From Halorarum halobium (GTDB lineage: Archaea; Halobacteriota; Halobacteria; Halobacteriales; Haloferacaceae): a stretch of 64,000 nt of DNA. The stretch lies in contig NZ_CP134949.1 of NCBI RefSeq assembly GCF_032116555.1, positions 2,108,001 to 2,172,000 of the forward strand. The letters are read 5' to 3'. Shown one piece after another: positions 1 to 10,125 of the stretch. Made by a program: the position numbers and the translations under genes. The notes below the pieces were generated by a model. That model made no database searches and was not told where the DNA came from. It saw only the letters and a program-made list of their open reading frames with translations. How positions within the stretch are numbered: the stretch's first letter is position 1; each line of letters begins with the position of its first letter.

Positions 1-685
1 CGACCCCGAGGATGGCCGGAAGCCCTCGGCCCGGCGCGCCGAACGCGACGGCGACACGCTTGTCGCGCAGTCGCGCGCGGAGGTCGCCCAGTCCTGACAC
101 GGACAGCGGTCGTCCGTGCCGTGACGTGGCGACCCCCACGTCGGCGGCGGCGAGGGCGTCCGAGATGTCCTCGCCCGCGACGCGGAACCCCGGCGAGGGG
201 CCCTCGACGACGCGGGCGCGGACGGGTTCTCGCGAAGAGACCCTGACGGTGACGCGCTCCCCCTCCGTCGCCTCCCGTTCGGGAGGCAGGCGAAGGGAGA
301 TCGGGTGTTGCAGTCCGCAATTGACCCGAACGCGGCCTTCAGGTCCGACCTCGGTCACGATTCCGTCTCGCAACTCCGACCCGTCGGGGCCGGAGGTGTC
401 GGGCCGCATGGGTGGAAGCACGCCGACGTGCCGGAGCTCGTCGCGCATCCCCCAGACCTCCTTCCGGAGGTAGGGGGGCGTCGCGCAGTACTCCAGCACC
501 GTGGTGACGTACTCGCCGCCCCAGCGGCGTTCGCCTTCCCCGTCGGGGAAGACGACCAACCGGTCGGCCCGGAAGATCGTCGCCGCGCGGGCGACGTAAC
601 CGAGTTTTCGCGTGGCCTCGCGGCCGTCCTCGGCCTCCCGGACGAGCGACGACGGCACGAGGACGTCGAGTCTCGTGTCGTCCAT
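1..685 (-). CDS. Putative SPOUT-class RNA methyltransferase (DUF171-like), truncated by window edge
   Basis: Hand translation MDDTRLDVLVPSSLVREAEDGREATRKLGYVARAATIFRADRLVVF...LEYCATPPYLRK...VGVLPP...VAFGAPGRGL. Open to position 1. Alternative GTG start at 694. Not in the ORF track because the stop lies outside the window. Confidence 0.8.
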   Translation of the reverse strand, partial: MDDTRLDVLVPSSLVREAEDGREATRKLGYVARAATIFRADRLVVFPDGEGERRWGGEYVTTVLEYCATPPYLRKEVWGMRDELRHVGVLPPMRPDTSGPDGSELRDGIVTEVGPEGRVRVNCGLQHPISLRLPPEREATEGERVTVRVSSREPVRARVVEGPSPGFRVAGEDISDALAAADVGVATSRHGRPLSVSGLGDLRARLRDKRVAVAFGAPGRGLPAILGV

Positions 686-917
686 GTCGCTCACACCGGA
701 CTGTATCGTACATCTCCTCAGCCACGCCCTAAAAGAACATCGGAACGCTGTGGGCGAGTGACGGCCTCTCACACCCGATTACGGGCGATTTGCATGTGAG
801 GTGGTGTCGTGGGCCAGTGGCGGCCGTGTGTGAGAAACCCCCACGCCCGCGTGCGGTTATTCGGATTCCATCCGACAGCGTTAAGTTGGTCCCTCGGGAA
901 TCGTTGGGTGTAGCAGG

Positions 918-988
918 GCGCTGGTAGTGTAGTGGTATCACGTGACCTTGCCATGGTCACAACCTGGGTTCAAATCCCAGCCAGCGCA
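918..988 (+). tRNA. tRNA-Gly (GCC)
   Basis: GCGCTGG/CCAGCGC acceptor stem, anticodon arm GTGACC-TTGCCAT-GGTCAC, T-arm CTGGG-TTCAAAT-CCCAG, discriminator A, no encoded CCA. TTAAG box at 881-885. Confidence 0.96.
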
Positions 989-1019
989 GTTCTGTCGCGT
1001 CCAATTCGGGAGCCGAGCG

Positions 1020-1298
1020 TCACTCCATATCCTCTCCCGAGTCGCCGCCGTATCCGACCGCGTTCTCCGTCTCGACCGTCTTCAGCCCGTCCAGCTCACA
1101 GAACTGGTCGACGGCAGTCTGGGGAAGCCGGAGCCGGTAGGAGTCGAACCGGAGCTCCGCCTCGACCTCGCCGTTCAGGTCAGCCACTGCGTCCCGGAGG
1201 TCGTCCGCAGAGAGCGACCCCAGTTCGACGACCAGCACGACGTCCTCCTCGGGGTGCGGGTCCGTTCGGAGCCGTCGGACCGGATGACTCAGGTACAT
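1020..1298 (-). CDS. Small acidic hypothetical protein (92 aa)
   Basis: Asp/Glu-rich halophilic composition, ATG start, fills the gap between the tRNA and the repeat. Confidence 0.65.
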   Translation of the reverse strand: MYLSHPVRRLRTDPHPEEDVVLVVELGSLSADDLRDAVADLNGEVEAELRFDSYRLRLPQTAVDQFCELDGLKTVETENAVGYGGDSGEDME

Positions 1299-1450
1299 AC
1301 TCTAGGGGTCGGGTGGACGACCAAGCCCGTTTCGACTCCGCTACTGAGTCGGTGGAACGCTAGCGAGTCGTGTGTGCCAGCTCGGTGGGACGACCCCGAG
1401 AGCCCCGCCGACGTTCGATTCGATATCGGCTCGGCCGTCGGGGCCCAGTC

Positions 1451-1668
1451 CTCGAAAGCCCCCGCGGCCCCGTTCAGTCCCACCCACACCGCAACCACAC
1501 GGCAAACCGCAGTCCCACGCCTCTCTTCCCTCGGAGCACATTCCTCGGAACTCTCCCTCGCATCGCTCGCGTGAGCAGCCGATTCGGTCGGCTCGCTCCC
1601 TTCGGTCGCTCCCCCACTCATCCCTCGCGCGACGGGTGGCCGCACACGAGGCGCGGCCGCCGCGCGCC
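1451..1668 (+). repeat. Modular intergenic repeat, copy A
   Basis: CTCGAAAGCCCCCG-CGGCCCCGTTCAGTCCCACCC...CTCGGAACTCTCCCTCGC...GCTCGCGTGAGCAGCCGATTCG...CTCATCCCTCGCGCG...GCCGCGCGCC, shared with the copies at 10126 and 18354. Confidence 0.85.
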
Positions 1669-1791
1669 TGAGAACGGGGTTCGCAGTTGATTTGCGACGG
1701 TTCGAAACGCAGCGAGCGCCCGCACCGAGGACCACGCGCCCGCGAACCTACGGGCCCCACAGTTAGGTGGCCGCGCGCCGAAACGGCAGCC

Positions 1792-2127
1792 ATGACAGTC
1801 ATCGCGCTCTTGAGCGTCGCACCGGTCACCGAGGGAAGCATGGCCGGCGAAGTCGCCAGGGCCGTCGCCGCGCTCGACGATTTCGAGGTGGGCTACGAGA
1901 CGAACCCGATGGGGACCGTGATCGAGGCCGACTCCATCGAGGAACTGATGGCCGCCGCCACCGCCGCCCACCAGGCCGTCGACGGCGACCGCGTGAGCAC
2001 GGTGCTGAAGATCGACGACAAGCGGACCAGCGACCAGCACGCGAACGAGAAGGTCGACGCCGTCGAACGGGAACTCGGCCGCCCGGCCAGAAGCGAGGGG
2101 GATGACGCGGTCGGCGACGACGACTGA
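1792..2127 (+). CDS. MTH1187/thiamine-binding family protein
   Basis: MTVIALLSVAPV...YETNPMGTVIEA...RVSTVLKIDDKR family pattern; start trimmed from ORF 1687..2127. Confidence 0.85.
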   Translation: MTVIALLSVAPVTEGSMAGEVARAVAALDDFEVGYETNPMGTVIEADSIEELMAAATAAHQAVDGDRVSTVLKIDDKRTSDQHANEKVDAVERELGRPARSEGDDAVGDDD

Positions 2128-2207
2128 ACCACCACGAGGCGGTCGCCACCGACACCCCACAGCGGAACGAGCGGGTGTCGAGGTAGCGACGACCGACCTA
2201 CCGCCAC

Positions 2208-2240
2208 GGGTGGGACTGAAAGGCGCCGCGGGGGCTTTCG
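2208..2240 (-). repeat. Modular intergenic repeat, core-only copy B
   Basis: GGGTGGGACTGAAAGGCGCCGCGGGGGCTTTCG is the near reverse complement of the first ~33 nt of copy A. Confidence 0.8.
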
Positions 2241-2350
2241 CGGTCATCACGGTGGAATCGAATTCCGCTGTCGCGTTGTGCCGTGTACACCCAACACATC
2301 GAACTCGCGAACTGACAAACTCTTTCCGTGGAACCGCCCAACCCCTCCGC

Positions 2351-3286
2351 ATGGACAGCCTCAATCGCATGGCGGTCGAACTCGTCGACGAGGCGCTCGA
2401 CTTCGCCGACGAGTTGAACCTGGCCGCCTACGAACTGGACTCGGGTGCGACCGTCATCGACTTCGGCGTCGAGGCGGACGGCGGCCTGGAGGCGGGCCTG
2501 CTGCTCGCCGAGATCCAGACCGCCGGGCTGGCGACCGTCCAGTCGCGGATGGACCGGGTCGCCGGCGCGCCGGTCCCGCACGTCGAACTGACGACCGACC
2601 ACCCGGGCATCGCGCTGCTCTGCTCGCAGAAGGCCGGCTGGGAGCTCGACATGGACGGCTTCGACGGCCTCGGCTCCGGCCCGGCCCGCGCCATCGTCGG
2701 GGAGGAGTCCGAGTTCGAGGCGGTCGGCTACTACGACGAGTTCGACCTCACCGTCCTGGGCGTCGAGAGCGTCGAACTCCCGGGCGACGCGGTCGCCGAA
2801 CACGTCGCCGAACGGACCGGCGTGAACGAGACCGCCGTCTACCTCCCGACCTGCGCGCTCGGCTCGACTGCCGGCAGCGTGACGACCGCGGCCCGCGCCG
2901 CGGAACTCGCCGTCTTCCGACTCTTCGAACTCGGCTACGATCCCCTGGACGTGCTCTCGGTCGCGGGCTCCGCCCCGGTCGCCCCCGTCAGCTACGACGA
3001 GACGGTGGCGATGGGGCGGACTAACGACGCGCTCGCGTACGGCGGCGAGGTCCACCTGACGGTCGCCGAGGACTTCGACCGGTTCGAGGAACTCCCCTCC
3101 AGCGCGGCCGACGAGTACGGCACCCCCTTCGCAGACATCTTCGCCCAGGCCGACTACGACTTCTACGAGGTGGACGAGTCCGTGTTTGCGCCCGCGTCCG
3201 TGACGGTGGACGTGGCGGACGGCCCGACGTACGCGCTCGGGGAGACGCGCGAGGACCTGCTCGCCGAGTCGTTCGGCCTCGCGTGA
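2351..3286 (+). CDS. mch: Methenyltetrahydromethanopterin cyclohydrolase
   Basis: MDSLNRMA..., SQKAGW, GSGPARA, AMGRTNDALAYGG, FYEVDESVFAPA motifs of Mch. Confidence 0.92.
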   Translation: MDSLNRMAVELVDEALDFADELNLAAYELDSGATVIDFGVEADGGLEAGLLLAEIQTAGLATVQSRMDRVAGAPVPHVELTTDHPGIALLCSQKAGWELDMDGFDGLGSGPARAIVGEESEFEAVGYYDEFDLTVLGVESVELPGDAVAEHVAERTGVNETAVYLPTCALGSTAGSVTTAARAAELAVFRLFELGYDPLDVLSVAGSAPVAPVSYDETVAMGRTNDALAYGGEVHLTVAEDFDRFEELPSSAADEYGTPFADIFAQADYDFYEVDESVFAPASVTVDVADGPTYALGETREDLLAESFGLA

Positions 3287-3290
3287 GTCC

Positions 3291-3857
3291 GTGAAGTTCA
3301 AACTCGTCCCGGAGCCGCCCTCGCCGACGGCAAACGGAGCGGATCCGGGTGAGGAGACCGGCGACGCCGGCGACGTGGAGTCGGTTCTCGCGGAGATGCA
3401 GGCCGCGGTGCCGCTCGTTCCGGGGAGCGAGGACGACTGCTGTGCCCGGCTGATGCGCCGCCGCGACCTGCCCTCCCGGGACGTCGCCCGGACGTGGCTC
3501 ACCTTCCTCCGGGCGCTCGGGCTGGCCGAGGAGACGCCCTCGGGGTTCAGACGCGTCCGCGAGTCCGCGAGCCTGGCGGACCTCCGGCGCGCGTTCATCG
3601 AGAGCGTGTACGGGGCCGACGTGGTCGCGGAGACGCTCGCTCAGGCGGACAGCGAAAACCCGCTGAGGGTCGAGGACGCGTTCGACGCGCTCCGCGACCG
3701 CGTGCCGACCTGGGAACGGAACCGGACCGACGACTGGGAGTCGGTGTGGCGCGAACGCGCCCGACGCCACCTCGACTGGTTCGTGTCCCTGGGCCTCGCC
3801 GAGCGACGCGGCGGGGGGTACGTGCCGACCGACGCGCTCGCCCCGGAGGAAGTGTGA
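3291..3857 (+). CDS. Haloarchaeal hypothetical protein (DCCARL motif, possible winged helix)
   Basis: 4 nt after the mch stop; GTGA overlap with the next gene; WLTFLRALGL and LDWFVSLGLAER helical repeats. Confidence 0.75.
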   Translation: MKFKLVPEPPSPTANGADPGEETGDAGDVESVLAEMQAAVPLVPGSEDDCCARLMRRRDLPSRDVARTWLTFLRALGLAEETPSGFRRVRESASLADLRRAFIESVYGADVVAETLAQADSENPLRVEDAFDALRDRVPTWERNRTDDWESVWRERARRHLDWFVSLGLAERRGGGYVPTDALAPEEV

Positions 3858-4567
3858 CGCCGAACGCAGTCACGTTCGACCTCGACGGCACGCTCCTGGA
3901 CTACCGTCGGTCGCCCGGGGAGATCCTCGCCGTCGCCTTCGACTCGGCGGGCGTCGACCCGCTGTTCCCGGTGACCGCCTACTTCGACCGGTTCGACGAG
4001 TTCAACGACCGGACGGACAGGATGGGTGAGCTACGCGCCGAGTGCTTCGCCGCGCTGGCCGAGGATCGCGGCCACGACCCCGACATCGGCAGGGCCGTCG
4101 CGGCCGCCTTCGCCGACGCGCGCGATCACGCGAACGTCGAGTGGTGTCCCGGCGCAGAGCCGCTCCTCGACGCCCTGGACCGCGGGGGCGTCCCCTGGGC
4201 CGTCGTCACCAACGGCCCGCGGGACGCACAGTCCGAAAAGCTGTCCGCGGTGGGGCTCGACCGCCGTGCCGACGCCGTGGTGTACGCGGGCCACGACACG
4301 CCCGCGAAGCCCGACCGCGAACCGTTCGTTCGCGCGCTCGAGGCGCTCGGAGCCGACCCCGCGGACGCCGCTCACGTCGGGGACTCCCACGGGACGGACG
4401 TCGTCGGCGCGCGGGCGGTCGGGATGGGAGCCGTCCACGTCCGCGACGGCACCGCGGACGGGAGCGAGCCCGCTCCGGACCTGCGGGTCGAGACGCTGGA
4501 ACAGGTGATCGAGGAGGGCTGGCCGGCTCCATCGTCCGACCGCGACCCCGACTACTCGTCCGCGTAG
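3854..4567 (+). CDS. HAD-superfamily hydrolase
   Basis: FDLDGTL motif I, VVTNG motif II, KP, HVGDSHGTDVVGA motif IV; GTG start at 3854. Confidence 0.9.
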   Translation: MTPNAVTFDLDGTLLDYRRSPGEILAVAFDSAGVDPLFPVTAYFDRFDEFNDRTDRMGELRAECFAALAEDRGHDPDIGRAVAAAFADARDHANVEWCPGAEPLLDALDRGGVPWAVVTNGPRDAQSEKLSAVGLDRRADAVVYAGHDTPAKPDREPFVRALEALGADPADAAHVGDSHGTDVVGARAVGMGAVHVRDGTADGSEPAPDLRVETLEQVIEEGWPAPSSDRDPDYSSA

Positions 4568-6177
4568 GTCACGTCGCTCACCGTGCCGACGCCCTTGCTG
4601 CGGCCCTCGCGGAACACGAACCGCTGGCCCTCCTCGACGAGGTACGGCCGGAACTTGAACTCGACCGTCGTCTCGCCGGTGTCGCCGGGCAGCAGCCTCC
4701 CGCCCTCGGGGTGGAACACCGCAGCCTCGCTCACGGTTTCGAGGTGGATGACCGGCTCGTACCCCTCCTGGATCCGGGTCGGGTGGTTGAGCACCATCAC
4801 CTCCGCCTCGAACGACCTGACTGGTCGGACGTCGGCGGTCCGGGGGACGAGCGCCATGCCGCGCTGGATCTCGGCCTCGCGGACGCCCTTCAGCGCGATG
4901 CCGACGATGCGGCCCGCCCTGGCCCTGTCGACCCGGTGGTAGTGCATCTCGATGGAGCGGACCTCCACCTCGCGGAACGAGCCGTCGGGCATCGGCCCGA
5001 GCAGGAGTTCGTCGCCCGCCTCGACCGTTCCGGCCTGGATGGTGCCCGAGGCGACCGCGCCGACGCCCTTCACGTCGTACGTCCGGTCGACGTACATCCG
5101 GAACGCCGCGTCGGCGTCGCTGGTGCGCTTCGGGAGCGCCTCCAGCAGGTCGTCGAGGTCGTCCAGTCCCTCGCGGGTGACCGCCGAGGTGGCGAACACC
5201 GGGACGACGCCGTCGCCGACCTCCTCGACGGCCGTCGGGACGCCGTGGCGCTCGGCCCGGAGCGGCGTCTGGTTGACGTCCCGGAGCATCGACTCGACCT
5301 CGTGTTCGACCTCGGCGGCGCGCTCGGCGGGGACGGCGTCGACCTTCGTCACCGCGACGAGCGTCGGGAGGTCCATCGCGAGCAGGATGCCGAGGTGCTC
5401 GCGCGTCGTCTTCGTCGGGCCGTCGTCGGCGGCGACGACGAGCAGTCCGTAGTCCAGTTTCTGCCCGACCAGCCCGCGGATGGTCGTCCGGAGCCACGGC
5501 TCGTGACCGACGGTGTCGACGAACGAGACGAGTCGGTCGGACTCCTGGACCACGCGGGCGCGGTCGGACTTGCGGTGCGGGTTGTCCATGCGGACCTGGC
5601 CGTCGTCGTCGAAGCCGTAGACGGCATACGAGAGGTCCGCCGAGAGGCCGCGTTCGACCTCGTGAGGCTGGACGTCGAGGAACGACCGGGTGCCGCCCTC
5701 GCCGTCGTCGGCCTCGCCCGTGACGAGCGAGCCGACGAGCGTCGACTTCCCGTGGTCGACGTGGCCGGCGGTGCCGACGACGATGTGCTCGTCGTCGGTT
5801 TCGAGCATCGCGCCCTCGCGGACGGTCGCAAGCCCGACCAGCCCCTCCTCGTCCGCGGGACCGGAACCGGCGCTCCAGGTCTCGACGTCGTGGATGTGCG
5901 CCTCCGCCTCCTCGGCCAGAAGCGACAGCACGTCCATGCTCTCGGAGAACTCGGCCGGCGAGATGCCGGCGACGCCGCCGTCGTCCCGGACGCCGACGAC
6001 GTACAGGGCCTCGCCCTCGCCGGAGAGGACGCGGTGGCGAAGTTGTGCGGCGAGACTCTCCAGGCGGCCGTCCGCGAGGTGGACGTCCCTGGAGAGGCGG
6101 GTCTTGAACTCGATGTGCCCGCCCTCCTCCTCGCCACGCTCGATTGCCCGTTCGAGCGCGGCGCGGTCAGCGCTCAT
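4552..6177 (-). CDS. GTPBP1-family translational GTPase
   Basis: GHVDHGKST, DTVGHE, TKVD; EF-Tu-like domains II/III (FVFREGRSKGVG); N-terminal HIEFK...VGVRDDG domain. Confidence 0.92.
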   Translation of the reverse strand: MSADRAALERAIERGEEEGGHIEFKTRLSRDVHLADGRLESLAAQLRHRVLSGEGEALYVVGVRDDGGVAGISPAEFSESMDVLSLLAEEAEAHIHDVETWSAGSGPADEEGLVGLATVREGAMLETDDEHIVVGTAGHVDHGKSTLVGSLVTGEADDGEGGTRSFLDVQPHEVERGLSADLSYAVYGFDDDGQVRMDNPHRKSDRARVVQESDRLVSFVDTVGHEPWLRTTIRGLVGQKLDYGLLVVAADDGPTKTTREHLGILLAMDLPTLVAVTKVDAVPAERAAEVEHEVESMLRDVNQTPLRAERHGVPTAVEEVGDGVVPVFATSAVTREGLDDLDDLLEALPKRTSDADAAFRMYVDRTYDVKGVGAVASGTIQAGTVEAGDELLLGPMPDGSFREVEVRSIEMHYHRVDRARAGRIVGIALKGVREAEIQRGMALVPRTADVRPVRSFEAEVMVLNHPTRIQEGYEPVIHLETVSEAAVFHPEGGRLLPGDTGETTVEFKFRPYLVEEGQRFVFREGRSKGVGTVSDVTYADE

Positions 6178-6391
6178 GCCTCCGGGTCAGTATCGGGCGA
6201 GTATAACGTTTTTCACGGTAGGGAGACCCAACCACGCGTACGTTTCACACGGTGAGCGCGGGGAATCGGCGGGTTCGACGACACCACGTCCCGGCAGGAA
6301 ACACCCACGATGTGACGCGGTGTCCGTCAAGATGCCGGCCCACTACTGCCCGGAAGTCGACCACGGTTCTCGAGCGGTCCGGGCCCCGATC

Positions 6392-6949
6392 TCACTCCCT
6401 GAGAACGTCGTACGCGCGGTTCACGCGCTTGAACGCCTCCTCGTCGCCGCCCGAGTCGGGGTGGGTCTCCTTGACCCGCTCGCGGTACGCGTCCTTCACG
6501 TCCGCCTGCGACGCGCCGGGTGACAGGTCGAGTTCCCGGTAGGCGTCCGCCGGCGGCATCCCGGTCCGCATCGTCGGGGAGCCGGTCGGCCCGCCGCTCC
6601 CGCCCGGCCCGCGCGCACGTCCCGATCGGGCACCGTTCGCGCGTGCGTCACCCGATTCCGCCCACGCGCCGCCCGCCTCCGCCCGTTCCCGCGCCTCCCG
6701 GGCGAACCGTGACCGGGGATCACGGGGACCCCGGTTCGCTCCGAATCCCGGTTCCCGCCGGGCGTCGCTCTCGCGCATCCGTCGGGCCAGCCTGCCCGTC
6801 GCGTGCTCCCAGAGGATCCACGACATGATGCCGAACGGGAGCGCCACGACTAGCAGGAACGGCGAGGAGGTGAACGCCAGCACGCCCATGAGGACGGCGA
6901 TGCCGGCGAACACGGCGGCCACCCCCAGCAGCAGCGGATCGCGGTCCAC
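6392..6949 (-). CDS. Membrane-anchored J-domain protein
   Basis: Two N-terminal TM helices; C-terminal AYRELDL...KETHPDSGGDEEAFKRVNRAY with HPD motif. Confidence 0.88.
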   Translation of the reverse strand: MDRDPLLLGVAAVFAGIAVLMGVLAFTSSPFLLVVALPFGIMSWILWEHATGRLARRMRESDARREPGFGANRGPRDPRSRFAREARERAEAGGAWAESGDARANGARSGRARGPGGSGGPTGSPTMRTGMPPADAYRELDLSPGASQADVKDAYRERVKETHPDSGGDEEAFKRVNRAYDVLRE

Positions 6950-7163
6950 GCCGGGAACTGGGCGTCCCGCGACCGTAAACCTCCCGTCGCGTGACCGTCA
7001 CCGGCCGCGCTGCGGTGCCGATCATCGACCGAACTGAAGTGCCGTCACCAGCAAGAGTGGGGTGGCTGTCGTTTTCCCGTGTGGCGAGCCGACACGGACG
7101 GGTCGTCGCACGCCTGCAGTGCCCTGAAGGGGGCGCGCGCCGAACCCGAACCCGGGAGTTCAC

Positions 7164-7400
7164 ATGAGTGTCAGCGGCCTCTGCCAGATCTGCGAGGCGA
7201 AGGAGGGTCGGTTCACCTGTGACAACTGTGGCGCGTTCGTGTGTGAGGACCACTACGACAGGACGGAGGGGCTCTGTGCCGACTGTCTGCGTCTCGTCCG
7301 CGGCGGCGACGAGGACCGACCGGGTGGCCGCGACGGGCCGGACACGGCGGACGGCGAGGACGACGTCGGCGACGGCGACCCCGGACCAGTCTCCGACTAA
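7164..7400 (+). CDS. Small Cys-rich zinc-finger protein
   Basis: CQIC...CDNC...CEDH...CADC and an acidic tail. Confidence 0.75.
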   Translation: MSVSGLCQICEAKEGRFTCDNCGAFVCEDHYDRTEGLCADCLRLVRGGDEDRPGGRDGPDTADGEDDVGDGDPGPVSD

Positions 7401-9100
7401 TCGGTCCCGACCGTCTCGTTGGAGGCGGGAAGTCGAAGCTCCACCGCGGTCCCTCGCGGTTCCCGATCGGCGAAGGTCAGCGTCGCCCCGAGCGCGCGGG
7501 CAGCCCACTGGACCAGCCACAGTCCCAGCCCGCTGCCGTGTGAGAGCGCCGTCTCCCGCCCGGCGCTCAGCGCCTCCAGTTCGGCCTCCGGGATGCCGGG
7601 GCCGTCGTCCTCCACCCGGAGAACGACCTCGTCGCCCTCGGGTTCGGCCGTGAGCGTTATCGACGTGGTCTCCCGGTCGGCGTGCTCGACGGCGTTTTCC
7701 GCGAGGTTCTCCATCGCCGCCCGCACGACCGCCGGTCGCGTGGTGACGACGAGCGACTCGGGGGCGTCCACGGCGACCGCGACTGCCGTCCCGTCGTCGA
7801 GTGCCGCCGCGAGTTCGCGGACCAGCGCCGCCAGGTCGGCATCCCGCCGTTCGCGTCGCTCGCCCCCATCGCTGGTGACGAGGTCCTCGACGTCCCGGGC
7901 CTTCTCGCCGAGTTCCTGGAGGTCCCTGCCGCGCTCAACGACCGCGCTCGCCCAGTCGCTCTCGGGGCCCTCCAGCCGGTCTTCCAGCATCTCCGCGCGG
8001 CCGACGACGACGGTCATCCCGTTCCGGAGGTTGTGTCTGAGCACCCGGTTGAGCACCTCGAGGCGCTGTCTTCGCCCTTCCCGCTCGGTGACGTCGGTGA
8101 ACGTCACCGTGTTGCCGACGACCCTGTCGTGGTGGTCCTCGATGCTCGAGACCGTCACCTCGTAGGTCCGGTAGCCGTCGGCGTCCGCGAACTCGAGGAG
8201 CTGACCGCCGTCCGCGTCCAGGTCGACGTCCGGTGCGATGTCGTCGAGCCGGTCACGCACGACCGTCCCCGCGGACTCGCCGAACACCGCCGCGGCCGCG
8301 CTGTTCAGTTCGATGATCCGGCCGTCCGCGTCCACCACGACGACGCCCACGCCGACGTCCTCGATGGCCGCGCGCCTGCCGAGCGCCTGCGTCGCCGGAA
8401 CGAGCCCGAGCAGTTCGAAGCGGAACAGCGCGAACGCGAACGCGACCCCCGTCAGCGCCAGCGCGAGCGGCGTCGGGTCGAGCGCGGGCGCCGGCGGGAG
8501 GAAGAACACCGACTTGACGTGCGCGGCGAAGCTGACGACCGCACCAGCCAGCAGCGCGAGCCCCTGGTCACGGTAGAGCGCGCCGTAGGAGACGACCGTC
8601 TCGAGCAGCAGCAACAGTCCCGCGCCGATGATCGCCCAGCCGTACGCGGCGTGGACGTAGTGCCAGATCTCGGGGTCGTACAGCACCGTCGCCGCGCCGA
8701 ACGTCGGGGCGATCCGGTAGTTCGTCCACAGGAGGTCGTGCGAGCCGGTCGTCGCAACCAGCACGAGCGTCGCGGCGGGGACGAGACAGGTGGCGACGAC
8801 GACCCTGCGGGTGACGTACTCGCCCCGCCCGGTGTACCCCAGCGCGAAGAACAGCCAGGCGGGCGCGACGATGGCCTTGCCCACCTCCAGGGGAACCTCC
8901 ATCGCCTCGCGCAGCAACGGGTCGAAGGTGACGAGCGCGACCGCGTACGAGAGCGACCAGACGGCGACGCCGACCATCAACAACACGAACGACGGCGCGC
9001 CGGGTTCCGCGCGTTCGCGCCAGGTGTAGCTTCCCACGGCGACGGCCGTGCCGGCGGCCACCAGGGCGAAAAACACCAGCACGGAGCCGGTCAACATCAC
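7397..9100 (-). CDS. Sensor histidine kinase with N-terminal 7TM domain and PAS domain
   Basis: Hydrophobic N-terminus, PAS-like segment, RVLRHNLRN H-box, ENAVEH N-box, DDGPGI, GSGLGL. Confidence 0.9.
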   Translation of the reverse strand: MMLTGSVLVFFALVAAGTAVAVGSYTWRERAEPGAPSFVLLMVGVAVWSLSYAVALVTFDPLLREAMEVPLEVGKAIVAPAWLFFALGYTGRGEYVTRRVVVATCLVPAATLVLVATTGSHDLLWTNYRIAPTFGAATVLYDPEIWHYVHAAYGWAIIGAGLLLLLETVVSYGALYRDQGLALLAGAVVSFAAHVKSVFFLPPAPALDPTPLALALTGVAFAFALFRFELLGLVPATQALGRRAAIEDVGVGVVVVDADGRIIELNSAAAAVFGESAGTVVRDRLDDIAPDVDLDADGGQLLEFADADGYRTYEVTVSSIEDHHDRVVGNTVTFTDVTEREGRRQRLEVLNRVLRHNLRNGMTVVVGRAEMLEDRLEGPESDWASAVVERGRDLQELGEKARDVEDLVTSDGGERRERRDADLAALVRELAAALDDGTAVAVAVDAPESLVVTTRPAVVRAAMENLAENAVEHADRETTSITLTAEPEGDEVVLRVEDDGPGIPEAELEALSAGRETALSHGSGLGLWLVQWAARALGATLTFADREPRGTAVELRLPASNETVGTD

Positions 9101-9157
9101 CGGACCGATGGAGGCCAGGGGCTTAAATCGCCACCAAGGAGCCGGAGCCGGCCCGGT

Positions 9158-9982
9158 TCAGCCGTCGTCCCGTTTCCGGTGCTCGTTCAGGCGGTCACGG
9201 AGCCGCTTTGCGGCCTGGCCGGCGACCGTGGCGAACTCCTCGCCAGCCTCGGAGCCGGCGAAGATGATGCCCCGCGAGGAGTTCACCAGCCCGACCCCGT
9301 CCGCGAGGCCGTACTCGACGGCTGCCTCGGCGTCACCGCCCTGCGCGCCGACACCCGGGACGAGGAACGGCAGGTCCGGCACCGCCTCGCGGACGTCCGC
9401 GAGTTCGTCTGGCGTCGTCGCGCCGACCACCAGCCCGACGTTGCCGGCCTCGTTCCACAGGTCCGCCAGCGCGGCGACCCGCCTGTACAGCGGTTCCCCG
9501 GAGTCGAGTTCGAGGTCCTGGAGGTCCGCGCCGCCCGGGTTGGAGGTGCGACAGAGGACGAACACGCCCTTCTCGTGCCGGGAGAGGAACGGGGAGAGCG
9601 AGTCGCGCCCGAGATAGGGGTTCACGGTGATGGCGTCGGCGTGATCGAGCAGTTCCGCGTACTTGCGCGCGGTGTTTCCGATGTCGGCCCGCTTGGCGTC
9701 GAGCAGCACCGGCACGTCCTTCCCGTGCGCGTACGCGATGGTTTCCCGGAGCGACCGCCACCCGTCGGCGTCCTCGTAGAAGGCGACGTTCGGCTTGTAG
9801 CAGGCGGCGTACTCGTGGGTCGCGTCGATGATGCGTCGGTTGAACGCCCAGCGCGGGAGATCTCTGTCGTGGAGGTGCTCGGGGAGTTTGTCGAGGTCGG
9901 CGTCCAGGCCGACCGAGACGACGGTGTTCTTGGCGTGGATTCTGTCGGCGAGGTCGGAGAAGAAGGGGTTGAACTCGGGCAT
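9158..9982 (-). CDS. pyrF: Orotidine-5'-phosphate decarboxylase
   Basis: YKPNVAFYE, LDAKRADIGNT, TVNPYLG, LVPGVGAQGG, NSSRGI. Confidence 0.96.
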   Translation of the reverse strand: MPEFNPFFSDLADRIHAKNTVVSVGLDADLDKLPEHLHDRDLPRWAFNRRIIDATHEYAACYKPNVAFYEDADGWRSLRETIAYAHGKDVPVLLDAKRADIGNTARKYAELLDHADAITVNPYLGRDSLSPFLSRHEKGVFVLCRTSNPGGADLQDLELDSGEPLYRRVAALADLWNEAGNVGLVVGATTPDELADVREAVPDLPFLVPGVGAQGGDAEAAVEYGLADGVGLVNSSRGIIFAGSEAGEEFATVAGQAAKRLRDRLNEHRKRDDG

Positions 9983-10125
9983 TCTTGAGTGGTGTGGGTG
10001 GTCGGGTGGGGCTAAGTGTTCCTGTTTTTCTTCTCGGGCGGTGTTGGATCGGTCCTGGTGTCGAACAGCTGGAAAGCCCCCTCGACCATCGGTTCAGGGG
10101 CTAGCTTCAATCCCCTGACGCACGC

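Noticed and set aside
918..1450. tRNA-Gly as an integration site
   Set aside because: No integrase, no duplicated tRNA 3' end noticed and no composition shift next to it.
2351..3286. Methanogenesis enzyme Mch in a non-methanogen
   Set aside because: mch is commonly found in haloarchaea, and no other C1-pathway genes are here.
7397..9100. Histidine kinase without a neighbouring response regulator
   Set aside because: Orphan 7TM-PAS kinases are common in this group.
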